A stretch of DNA of 64,000 nucleotides from Stylophora pistillata (taxonomy: Eukaryota): NCBI RefSeq assembly GCF_002571385.2, contig NW_019217861.1, positions 261,766-325,765 of the forward strand, read 5' to 3'. The notes beneath the pieces were generated by a model, which saw only the letters and a list, made by a program, of their open reading frames with translations, searched no databases and had not been told where the DNA came from. This document shows positions 52,652-64,000 of this stretch, piece by piece (position 1 is the first letter of the stretch; each line of letters starts with the position of its first letter). The position numbers and the translations under genes are program-made.

Positions 52652-54227
52652 ATGAGCTTTATCGAAAAAACACAAAAGACAAATTTGGGAGGTTTGAGTG
52701 CGCTCGTATTTAATTTTAATAAAAGGCACAAAACCGACAAAGGAACTACGTAACAAACAGTAAAACTTCGAGACTCGTTACACTCTTAAATTTGCTATTC
52801 TTACTTCACATCGCATGGTCGCATGATAAGTACATGTACGAGTCAATATATTACAATAGAAGTACAAAACTACTGGAAAGCCGTTCATTTACCAATTTTC
52901 AACATTACGTATAAATTAAATAACTCCTACCATAAGGAATTAATATTTTGTTTACAATTTTTGACTTCATAATTAATTTGTGTATGCCCAAGTAAAATGA
53001 TTCATATGGCCTGCGAGCTAGGGAGATTTAATGCCTATGCAAAAAAAAAGTCCCCTAATGCCGTTTTCATTCTTTTCCCGCTACCTACATCTAATAGTAT
53101 AATTTCCATTTTCAATATAATTGTGTCATTCATTTATCCAATACAAGTTAGATGGATAAAGTTTCAATCAAAAACGTTGAAACACTTCCCGATTACCTAT
53201 GATATAAGCTCCTTGCATTAAAATCATGGAAAATTATTTGATTGTTTTAATAACCGCGCGCAAAGCTAATAGCTGTGACAAAGTAGATTCTAGAGAATTT
53301 GATTCTTTCCTTCTTTTTCTGTTTTTCATATCTTATTGCATCCGTCTCAGGAGGCTTTGAGCGTATCAAATTGGCGCCTGCGCCACAGCATAATTAGTAT
53401 AACCTCATACCCACGGTTTCCTCAGGATGTTTTTTCCTTCGAGACCCTATGAAAGAGGTTGTATCTACAAAAGTTCTAATTACTTTAATTTCAGACTTGG
53501 TTGGCGAGACGAATTTTTAAAAGCGGTATTCCCCAAAAACCTTAGTAAATATTATCAGCGAAAGACGAAACGAATTACTTCTTTATTTTTTGGCTCCACA
53601 AAATCAGCTGTAAATGATATCAAAATGAGCGTAAACGAGAAGTACCACTAATCACGTTTCACGCGCTATATTAAAGCTGCCATGTAAGATTCAATTTAAA
53701 AAATCTCTTCAAAATTAGTGAAAGCTGATGGAGACACTCTCAATAGGAAAAGCGTCTATAAATTGCTGCAAACATATTGTCATTGACTCTATCGCTTAGA
53801 TCTAAGATTCCTTTGTAGAAGACACCGCATCTGTAAGAATCCTTTCAAATAGTTGCGTGACGACCCATGTCACACAAGACTTCATCTCATGGAGACTTGC
53901 CTGACGATCAATGTGACGTTGAGTTGAGGAAAACCCTGTGGTTCCTTTGACCAACGAAATCAAAACGGAGACAATATCTGTTATCGTTATTCATCCGTAT
54001 TTTTTCTGAGTACGTAAAATCATTTAAGTTTCACTGGTCGGCATCTTGGGTCTCCATTACCTTCAGAAAACACCTCGCAAGATCTCTTATTTCGCTTTGA
54101 TCCTGAAAGGCTTCCTTGAATGATGTAGAACCGGCAAACTCCAAAACCAGTGAAGAATCATCGTCGTTTACTCTTCCCTGAAGGCACAAATATAACACAC
54201 TCTGCAGGTTGAAAGTCACAGAATGTC

Positions 54228-57200
54228 TCATCTTTGAACTGCAAGCTCACGTAACTTGGTTCTTGTTGGCCTCCGCCGCCTGACTAGTGGTTGTCTGACG
54301 CGATTCTTTGTAAGATGAACTAACTGGACCGGGGTGGCTGTAAAGAAGAAGTAAAATAACATCAAACCCTAAACATGATTGACGGACAAATCATAGGGAG
54401 CACACCCAAAAGTGAAACTGAGAGAAGCAGGAAAGCAAGACATTTTTATTGAACTCTTTAACCCTTTACACAGTAGCATAAGTTTGCATATTCTCTCTCT
54501 AATATTCCCTTTTTGTCACAACATCACAAGGGGGGGGGGGGGAATTTTTTTTTGCGGCTCCACCTCCAAATAGCATTTCACTTCCAATATCTGGTCATCA
54601 ATTCTTCTTGCTAATTCCTGCTACAATTCTCTCTGAATTATTCACGAGAATTTGGTCTTTTATCTACAGGCCAGTGAAAGAAAGGACAGGGCGTGACGGC
54701 CAGTGAAAACAAAGTGTTATAGGTTGAAAAACTACTCACCAGGGAGGTCAAAGGAAACTGCGCACTCTTCCACTCTCTCCTCTTCAGTTCCCTCCAAGTC
54801 GTCATCTGTTTGACAGTCATCACTAGTCATGTCTTCTCCACTGTCTGCCCCCTTCCGGGGCTCCAAGCTTGTCAGTTTGGCTGTCAAAACAGCTCTAAAA
54901 GAAAAACAAAATTATATACGATACTGAAAAATTAAACTTTGTCCACAACTGAGAATTCCACCAGTACCAGAATTTGCCAAAACTTGACTATCAGTACCTT
55001 GAACATCCCTCCCCCCCAATAACAGTTTATGTTTAAGAATAAATGTGTGATTTCCCCGTTCGATATGGCACCCCACGGCACTCCACTGAGTTTGCATTCG
55101 CACTACTTGTTTTAAGTCTGAGGTAAGAATACCGTGGAGGGAAGCTACATGTTGATCACGGATGAAAGTAAAAGGATATCCCGATTGCCGATCACGTAGC
55201 AAATGATCTTCAAGTACATGTAGCAGAATGTTTGATAAGCTCCCATCATTAATACTCTTGAGTAGGAAGCGGTACTGTGATCAGACTGTCTTAATGATAA
55301 TGATAATGATGAAGGGTTTCTATGGCGCCATATCCTAAAGCTCATGGCGCTTTACCGCAGTTTGCGGGGGACTTTGGCCACACTGCATTGAGCAGTTTAC
55401 AACTGATGCCCCCAATATCAGAATCAACGCCAGACAGAGAAGATGCAGAAGACGGGGCCCACGGTTTTTCGTCCTTATCCGAGAAGACTAGAATGTCTCA
55501 CAGTTTTCAGATATCGTAGCAAAGGCAGCACATTCTCCTCAGTTATTTTAAGACCCAGAGTGCTGGTCCGGCCTAGGGCTAGACCCTCGACCTTTCGCAT
55601 GGCAGTCCGATGCTCTATAACATGAGCTGACGTGGCGGCACAAAATAATCACACCGCCAGGGCTTGAACTTGGGTCACAGATTCCGGAGTCCAGCGCGCT
55701 AACAGTCAGGTTATTACGTCTCACACGTTTCTGCGTACAGTTATGCGATAAAACTCTCACCTCTGTTCTCGAAAATCAGATAGTTGCCGCGTGAGAAGTC
55801 GCTTTTCTTCTTCTTCTTCTTCGCCTTCAAGACCGTTCTTTACCAAACCATCATCCTGTGATCAAAGAAAGCGTATTAAAGGGCGTAAAAAGTTAACAAA
55901 TGTTCGTTTTGGTAGAGTCGAAGCGAACTGTGTGACATGCTGACGTCCTATGCCGATCTCGCAACAAGCACACTATTACAAAAGACACTGTCACATGAAA
56001 GTCAGGGTGACCAAACAAGCACAGTCACACAACAGTAAAACCAACGCACTTGGCACAATTATACTACAGTTAAGGTAACGTTAGAGCCAGGTCACACAGG
56101 TCACACAACCCTCATACATATGTAAACGATACAGTCACACAACAGTCAACATAACATTAAAGGTGCAGTCACAGTACCACAACATTCATTGCCACAAATA
56201 ATTTGGAAGCACGTCCTCATTTAAACCGCTTCGGAACGTGCGTCTTGTTCACCCGCGGGAAAGTTCCAGGCCTTGGACAAAGTGAGCCGGCGAGAAGTCT
56301 GCCAGGGTGTCCTACTGATCACTGTTAGTGACAGATCCCCGTCAAACCTCCCCAGATCCCCGTTAAACCCCCCCAGATCCCCGTTAAACCTATCCCCAAA
56401 TCCCCGTCAAACTTCTCTCATTTAAAATTTCCCCGCGGGCGCAGAAACGCATTTCCTGCAGCATTTTTAATGAGGGCCTACTCGCAGGCTAGGTCACAAA
56501 GCGAAACTGTAACACAAAGTTGTCACAACAACATAAACGGCATACATGTAGTCAAACTATAACAAAAAAAAAAAAAAACGGCATGTAAATAGAAAAAGGA
56601 AGATGGCAAGGTTTGAACTCAGTAAAGAATAAAAGATGTTTTTCGTCTTGTCAAGAGCGTGGGACTAAGAAAAATTCTGAGTTAAAATGAGGGCTGTTGA
56701 AAAGACGAAAAACATCTTTCTCTAATAATGGTATGGTCACACAACAATTTACCGCAACATTATTGTCGCGACCCTAAAATGCGGTTTTCCTAACAGAAAA
56801 GTAACAACACATTACCTCTCCTTCGTTGACGTTCAACAAGGACAAGCGTCTGTGAGCAGATTCTGACGCAATATCAATTTCTCGGATGTTGTTGATGGTC
56901 GCTCGGATCTTGGATAACTGACCAAGAATAAGGGTTTCAAGACATCTAACAAATTAGAAAGCAAATGTTATAATTGAGAAGATCACAAAACATACTCATA
57001 ATGATAAATCGTTGCAAGTGGAACTGTTTCAAAACCTCTTTAGAGGCTAAGTTCTTTTTCGGGTTCGCTTTTCTGCAACTGGTTCGATTGCGAGTAATCT
57101 GCGTCTGTTTACCTCACCAGAACGTGCAGACTTACTTGGTCTGTTTACTGACGTCTTGCATGCTTTCCAACGCGCTCATTCCGGGGGGTGTGGCCATGAT

Positions 57201-60200
57201 ACACTGTGCCCAAATTATTGACAGAGCATTTGCATTCATAAGGTTCACCTCCTGTTGTTGTGTTATTCTACGAGACAAAAAAGGAGAAAATCAATTCGGT
57301 AAATTTACTTTCCTAGCCACAAGTTTGGTGAAATCGTGCGAATAGTTCACGTTGGTGTTAGTTTTGCCTACTCTTCAAAAACATACTTAACCTAAAGAAA
57401 CTTCATTTCACCGCAACTCCTCAGGCACTGTTTTTTTTTTTTTTTTAATCAAATTGGCTGAAGCTGAGTCAGTGCTCCACTTCAAATTGGTATTCACAAA
57501 TAGTTTAACGATCTTACCTGGCATTGACCTCGGGCCGATATTCTCCCAGTACGGCCCTCGCGCTCGGTTAATAAGATATATATCTTACCTGGCAAGATGA
57601 AAAACAAGTCTCTCCAAAGTGTTTTGACACGCTCGAGGTAACTTTTGTACCAGATTGTAAAGAGCTTGTAAACGTAACTTTTCATCGGATAGTTCTGCAA
57701 CAAAACAATGCAAAGTAGTGAGACCAATTTGTTTGTGCACCTCTCTTTGACCGCAGTAGGTGGCGAGTTTGAATCACAGCTGCAGCAAAAAGCTAGCCAA
57801 ATCGAGCTGATTGTCGATCAAAATTTGGCCACAAAAGTAACACACCACGAGACAACCGTGAAGAAGACATAAGTTGATAACGAAGGATAACATGGCTGAA
57901 CTGACCTGCAGTACGTATAAAATCCATGTAAAAATCTGCAGCAATAACGGGTACAGCCAGCTGCCGGAAGAATAGCTTCAAAACGCCAGCTACTACATGT
58001 ACAGTGTACTCGTCTAATGATACATTTTCAATTCCTGCGAAGAAATGCCGTCAAAATAAGCGGTATAACACTGTAAGTATGTAGGAGAGTCTTACAAGTG
58101 TGGTGGATCATCACTGCTCAAGTTAAATAAGATTTCCTTAGGTTAAGGTCGCGATAAGGAGTATTTCTTCTCCTCGTGGACGGGAAGCTAAACAATCTCA
58201 GCCAACCATTTACTCTCATGTAGGGCTAACGCTCGAAATGTCAGCATTAGAAACTCTCTACGGTGGCTAACTTAACTCCTTAACCTACTTGATGAAACCA
58301 AATTATCTTTTAATTCCCCTACCATCGCAGCACTACAGTATCTCTTGAAACTTTAGTACCCCCTTAACCCCTGAATGGTTCGTGTTGCTTACTAAAGGGC
58401 GGTGCGACGAACCAGGAACACAACATAACGCAATGACCCGGCCAGGGCTCAAATGCGGGCTCAAGTTCCGGAATCCAATGCGCATGCCTTAAAACCAACC
58501 AAAACGCCTCATGGAGAGACGAGACCATCTATTTTGCCGCTCTTTCACCCCCTGTGAAGTGGTTGAGCATACTGTTTGCGTCGCAGTTTCTAAGTAACGT
58601 GACGTGGTATTATCGTCGCTCAAATCAGAGCTGCGTAGTTACGTAGAAACGCTGGCAACATTAGAATAAAAACATCTAGAATATGTAAAAGTCAGAGAAA
58701 TCTCCACTCACCCACAGTACAAATTTCGTTCTTAAGCTTTTTTACTGCAACATTGCTCGGTGATTTTCTATAGAGACCCTCACTGTATAAACCTTCGTAT
58801 TCAGGAAAAAGGAATAGAAAATGAAAAATAAATAACATGGAGAAGAAATGAATGAGCACTTACAGAAACAAAACTGGATTTGTCTTGATTGCAGTCACAC
58901 AGAGCTCTTCATCACTAACATCACTGCGTCACTTTCTCTCATTTCAAGAATTAGTTAAAGTACCCAATGAACGATTCGATGACACGACTGACAATTTAAC
59001 CATTCTGTGATAAAGACCAACTTTGCCTTCGTCGGCCCTTGCACTGCAGCGACAGTTACTCATTCATTATTTCTTCATTTCTTTTAATCACTTCAAAGAA
59101 TCGTTGGCAGGTGACCACAATAACCACGTTACTTACCTCTCGCTTCAATATCTTGGATGAGTTTGTCCACTAATGGTGGTACAGAATTTTCATTCGATAC
59201 AAGGTCCGATAGGTCACCACCGAACAGTTCCGTCTGAAAAGAATCAATGAGCTCATATTGAATAAAACACAGGAAAGACCAGGGATAAATGTATAATACG
59301 ACGTGCAATTCTGTACTTCTAAATCGCACAAAAACTCCGCCAAAGTACAAAGGTGATCTCGGTATTAGAGCACCTTACCTTTCCTTTAGACCTGTTCGTT
59401 CCCTTTCTGCAAATGTTTTGAGACTTGGTATGACACTTCTTGTGGCAAGTGAATCTGCACTCTGCGAGAGACAAGGCAAATAGAGTTAGGAAGGTCGACT
59501 GACACACTTTAAATGAAATCCAATATTTCTACCATACTGCTTCATTGAGACTGACAAATTGCATAGAATGTGTACCCAGTGACCTACATCATTTGGGTAG
59601 TTTTCTTCTTGTACAACACATGATAAAAGGCCCACTGGATTCCCTTCTTTAAAGACCACCATGTTCATTTGTATTTGCATGTGTTCTCAATCAACACAGA
59701 GGTACTGAATACATGAACACTTAGCAAGTCATGTTCGAATTTTTCTTTTTGGACGTTTTTGCTTATCAAAAATGTTCAAAAAAGCTGACTTGTCGATTGC
59801 CAGTTTCAAATTACATAGCTGCAAAAACAGAATATTGGGCAGAGCTTTTAGCTACAATTCTGAAACAATAATCAAAATTAAGAAAAAAAGTGGGTACGGA
59901 ACCTTGGCAGACGAATGCTTTGTCCAATCCCCATATAAACCCTCCGCACTGCTCACAAAATGTCGGTATACTGAATTGAGTGGTAGAGAATCTATGACCG
60001 TTGAACAACTGCAGTAAAAAAGACACTTATCAAAACATGAGGAACAAAAACTGTCTGAAAACAATAATAACCGAGCTTAACTCTGCGCTTCCAAAATCTT
60101 AGAGTAAAGATTTAAAACTACGCTTGATGTACGACTCCGCAATCCACTACTGGACCACCTTCTCAGCCTTGTGGTGGGCTGGTCGCTCGGTGAGGCAAAC

Positions 60201-63200
60201 GCCATTACATGTACAGAATTATGTGCTACATAGCACGGTGAAACGAAGAGATCGAAGAGAGTTTATTTTACTTCTTTTCGAGTGTTGCCGATGAAAGCTT
60301 TACCGAAAACTTCTTATTGGCCGGTTTAAAATATGTACATAACTTACTGACAGGTCAATTTTAATTTTATTGCGCATCGGTAGATCGTGGAAACAATGTA
60401 TGTACTAAGTTGAGTCTTTAATTTTATGGTTTGTATGAGATAAACAAAGAGTATTGAAGATCGATATCAAATAATCATAATGACAATATTAAAATATAAC
60501 GAGTAAAATTGGCTGGGAGAAATGATAATTTACTGTAAAATTTCTCATTTCACGACGAGTCTTTACCACTGCAAGAAGGGTGAAATATCGCTCCATCCTT
60601 GATATATCCACATTTCTGTTCCCTTCCCCATACAATAGATCAACGAAAAGACAACACCATCAACAGAAAAATTCTAACGAAGAACGCCTGGCACAATTTT
60701 CGAGCCTTATTATCAAGATTGTTGCCAACCCGGACTTATAATTATTCGGTTTCCTTTTAAGTAAGAACATTTTAACGATCGAAGAAAAAGGAAGACTCCA
60801 AACATAATTAAATGTCTTGTTTACAATCCTCACCGTGAGCTCAGATGGTTTTCGCTTCTTCAAATGAGCTTTCTTTTGATGCTACGGAAGAGAAAAATTG
60901 GGAAAAAAATCAATATCAATGCTAAGTTGATCCGAACAGTGTAAACTCGCATAACATTTGCTCAGTCTCTGCAAGATAATAACTCTTGCCACCACATTAG
61001 TGGTCGTGGTGTGATAATCTAGAACTGCGAAACAAAACTTCTTTTTTTCGTATTTCTCTCAACTTCGTTGCAACTTCGTTGCATGTTCTTCGATGAGTAG
61101 TTTTTTTACCTTGTCCCTAGTGTGTTTGGCTTCCGATCGCGTTCTGTAAAAAAAGGAACAAACAAACAAACAAACAAAAAAAAACCCAATTGAGTGAGTA
61201 AGTGAGCATCAACCTTACAGAGTAAATATGGGCCACACTACAAGACGTTAGTAAAATCTGGCCTACATTCAAATTCGTTCAAATTGTTACATCAAAGAAC
61301 TAGTTTGCATGTCATTCTATTTGTCTTGTTTTTTTTTTTTTTTGTTTGTTTCCATTTTTTGATAAGTCATAGTTTTTGTTGGTCACCCTTACAGGCCATT
61401 TGTTTCCTAACCTCATTCCCATTCCTTTTCTTTGTCAACTTTGTTTGCATTTCCTTTCCATCTAGGCATCATTTACATGCAATTCGTTTCTCAGCCTCGT
61501 TTAGAGGTCACAAGCTATTGAGCCTCGTTTGGATGTCACAAGCTATTAAGCGTCACTCCATGAAAATAGTATGAACGCCTTTTCTATATCTTCAAGCCAC
61601 CGACTATTGATTATGACGAGTGCTACGATTGGCTATAGGATGCCTGATGAAACAGCCAATCACCTTAACGCGATGAACTCAGACAGCACCCCTCCGAAAG
61701 CATTCACACCCATAATGACAGGAAAATTGGCACTGATGCGTTCGCTTTTGATTGTCTTCTTCAGCGTGAATTCAAACTGACCCATCAAGTCTTCATAATT
61801 CAGAGTAAACGATTTGTCTTCCTGGAAGAAGAAAAAGTCAAACACGGTTGAAAAAATATTTCGGCAAAGCGACGTTTAACGTCTCTTATCCTGGATATCT
61901 AGGAAAAGCTTTTAACTAAAAATAAAAGTGGCTGAAAAGCTAAAAGATATTTGACGAAATATAAAAGATCACTATGCCATGGTTGATATACCTTCATGAG
62001 GACGGCGTACGATGAAATGAGTTGCATATGGAATTCTTGAAGAGCCTTTCTAAACACGCGGTCAACGATCGTGTCACGCTTATTTTCTTCTTTATTCAAA
62101 CTTGACACCTAGTAAAATACCAAAGAAAATATATGATCTCCGTTAAAAAACATAATATACAGAAATCCGGTGAGTTGTACCTTTCTCTCTCTGTCGTCTG
62201 TCTGTCTGATTGTCTGTGAGTGTGCGAGTGTGCGGGTGTGCGTGTGTGTGTGTGTGCGTGTGCGTGTGTGTGTGTGTGTGTGAGTCTGGGTTTGTGTGTG
62301 TGTGTATATTATACTGTCATTTGCTCTACGTCTGTCTGTCTGTATGTATGTCTGCTACACCGGCTCAATGCCAGTCTGTCTATTTGCTGATGAAGAGATT
62401 GGTACCTTATTCATAAGGAAAGCCTCTAGTGCACCCAATTCTTCAGTGCCCTGGATGAGCTTCCTGCCGGTATTTTTCCACTGGACGGGTCCCTGAGGGT
62501 GAGCATAGCTGACTATCTTGGTTTGTTTCAAGGCCTTAGTCATATCTGCAATACAACGATAGCATAGAAAGTGAGTGTTTTATGCATAAGACTTTTTAAA
62601 ATTACCAATGTATTGATATAGAATCAAGATACTTTCACTCCAATGATCTCAGCATTGAGTCTCCTTACCGTCTGTCATAAATTTCTTATAACGTTAGCTC
62701 TGAGAATTTAGTCTTCAATCATACAGGTTTCGCTTGTTGATGTTTTCCTTCACTCTTATCACCCTTCTACTTAACAACTCCTTGGAGTAAAAGAGTTAAG
62801 CGAACCAAAGAACCCAAGACCTGGCCAAAAATGTAAACGCCCTGTTTCTTGATTCAACAACAGAACCTAAAAGTAATATTCTGAACGACCGAGGTTATTT
62901 ACACAACCACTGAATAAGATTCTATTTTAACCCACTGGATTGATTTCCGTTTCATCACAGGTAAAGATCAATTTAACTGGAAATCACTGTAAGCATCAAC
63001 ACTTCAAATACTTTATGTCCTGACCAATCGAACATCTCGAATAAATATAGAATAATTTAGATCTCAAAATGATAAACTCAAGACTCAAATAAGGCCATGA
63101 TGCTCGCAGTTGAGCTGCAATTTAAGCAAATGCAGACGAGAAGCCTGAAAAACATTCAGGCTTTGCAAGGATTCAAACCCGTGCCACCCAGATACTAGTT

Positions 63201-63876
63201 GGGCGCCTTTACTGGCTGAGCTGCGAAGCCGCACGTTGAGAGGAGCACATTTCAGAGGGTTCTTCTTCCCCGTGGACGATTCTGATACAAATTGTAATGA
63301 AAATAAATTTCATTTGACCTGCGGAAAGATAACAAGTAAAGACTATCAACTCTAACCGTCACTTGATCCTATCCGCCCATCCAGCTCCACGGGTTTCTTT
63401 GCATTATTTCTGTTCAAACTGGAATCAGACTTTCTCCTGAATGAGTTCCTAGGCGCGATCTTGCGAAACAACCCTTTCTTGACCTTGCCACCATACTCAG
63501 TGCGACTGAGAGTGGCTGCAAAATCTGCCTTCTCAGTAGTTTTCCCAACAGCTAAATCATCCTGGAACAACGGGGGAGAGGTGGTTCTTCCTCGGTCATC
63601 CAGAACGTCCGAGGTGCTATACCGATGCCCGGGCTTCATTTTGGAGGAAAGGCGCTTTCGGAAACTACTGGTGAGTCTTCGTGAAAGTCTCGGGTTTGAC
63701 TTGAAATCGTCGCCCCTTTCGTTTCCTTTGTTAAAGGTGAGTGTCGGTGACGGAATGGGACTTAGCTTGGAGGGTGCCACGCGTTTGGTGGGCGAAGGAG
63801 AAAGCTCCAGCGGCGGTGGACGACTCCGCGCGAATTCAGGGCTGTTTGGTTCCGAATTGGATCTCTGGCGGACAAC
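54228..63876 (-). CDS. MYO9: Unconventional myosin IX-like (MYO9A/B family), C-terminal ~746 aa: tail, C1 domain, RhoGAP, coiled coil, CPI-like end; the 5' part lies beyond the window
   Basis: 17 phase-consistent exons: 63876-63357, 62545-62406, 62108-61992, 61821-61664, 61143-61110, 60881-60834, 60008-59903, 59461-59379, 59233-59137, 58792-58712, 58034-57906, 57694-57589, 57267-57136, 56945-56816, 55855-55761, 54894-54740, 54337-54228. C1: GHRFSTTQFSIPTFCEQC..FIWGLDKAFVCQECRFTCHKKC. RhoGAP: GLYSEGLYRKS...HVVAGVLKLFFRQL...TLERLVFHLARI...NLMNANALSII. The MYO9-type pre-C1 block DTIVDRVFRKALQEF...GVNAFGGVLSEF is present. The motor domain is not visible in this window. Confidence 0.88.
55300..55730 (-). 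mobile_element. SINE-like / tRNA-head repeats in a MYO9 intron
   Basis: The minus strand shows tRNA-like heads (gttagcgcgctggactccgga...cccaagttcaagccctgg and ttatagagcatcggactg...gtcgagggtctagccc). Similar pieces at about 58380-58500 and 63100-63330. Confidence 0.5.
56331..56412. repeat. ~20-bp tandem repeat (cagatccccgttaaaccccc) x4
   Basis: Directly visible. Confidence 0.85.
62185..62352. repeat. (GT)n / (CTGT)n microsatellite cluster
   Basis: Directly visible. Confidence 0.9.
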
Positions 63877-64000
63877 CTGAGATAAATCGAAGAGACTATT
63901 AACATCATTATTGTCAGTCATAAGTATCCTTTTCTCAAAAAGAACAAAAAGGAAAAAAAAAAAAAAGAGCAGAGTCGCACTTTCTAGAAAACATCCGTGA

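Noticed and set aside
54031-54177. Alternative MYO9 last exon (GRVNDDDSSLVLEF...)
   Set aside because: The phase does not match the donor at 54250, which would give RKSKRR*. Read-through to TGA 54228 is simpler, and the CPI core is retained either way.
55640-55710. tRNA gene candidates (also about 14010, 29805, 63170-63230)
   Set aside because: Only degenerate A/B-box heads with no complete cloverleaf, so they are SINE-derived.

Overview
Intron-rich, AT-rich animal genomic DNA with three N-gaps. It is most likely a cnidarian (stony coral), inferred from the repeat families and gene architecture. Manual GT-AG splicing gives four protein-coding genes. (1) A complete 23-exon SMARCAD1/Fun30 remodeller (+, 2226-15913, about 881 aa). 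(2) A hidden 8-exon gene (-, 20991-16387, 219 aa) that the ORF track shows only as fragments. It is built from three tandem exon pairs encoding KSxDxxxxxFSLDKPIExxxSKxxQ, followed by a capping-protein-interaction (CPI)-like motif. (3) A RING-less TRAF4-like gene (+, 25963-37633, about 431 aa). (4) The 3' half of a class IX myosin (-, beyond 63876 to 54228; C1 + RhoGAP), whose last two exons encode a FAM21/CapZIP-type CPI motif (VSFDLPA...LVHLTKNRVR...RRRPTR). The most interesting signal is the pair of same-strand CPI-bearing genes with matching terminal exon phases, a candidate undescribed link between myosin IX/RhoGAP and actin capping protein. Between TRAF and MYO9 lie an inverted pair of covarying multi-hairpin modules (41111-43130), a decayed intronless multi-ORF block that may be a virus or Polinton relic, and a 47-bp satellite. 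The rest is RTE and Penelope retroelement fragments, MITEs, SINE-like pieces and mini/microsatellites. All coordinates and translations were derived by hand and no database searches were run.
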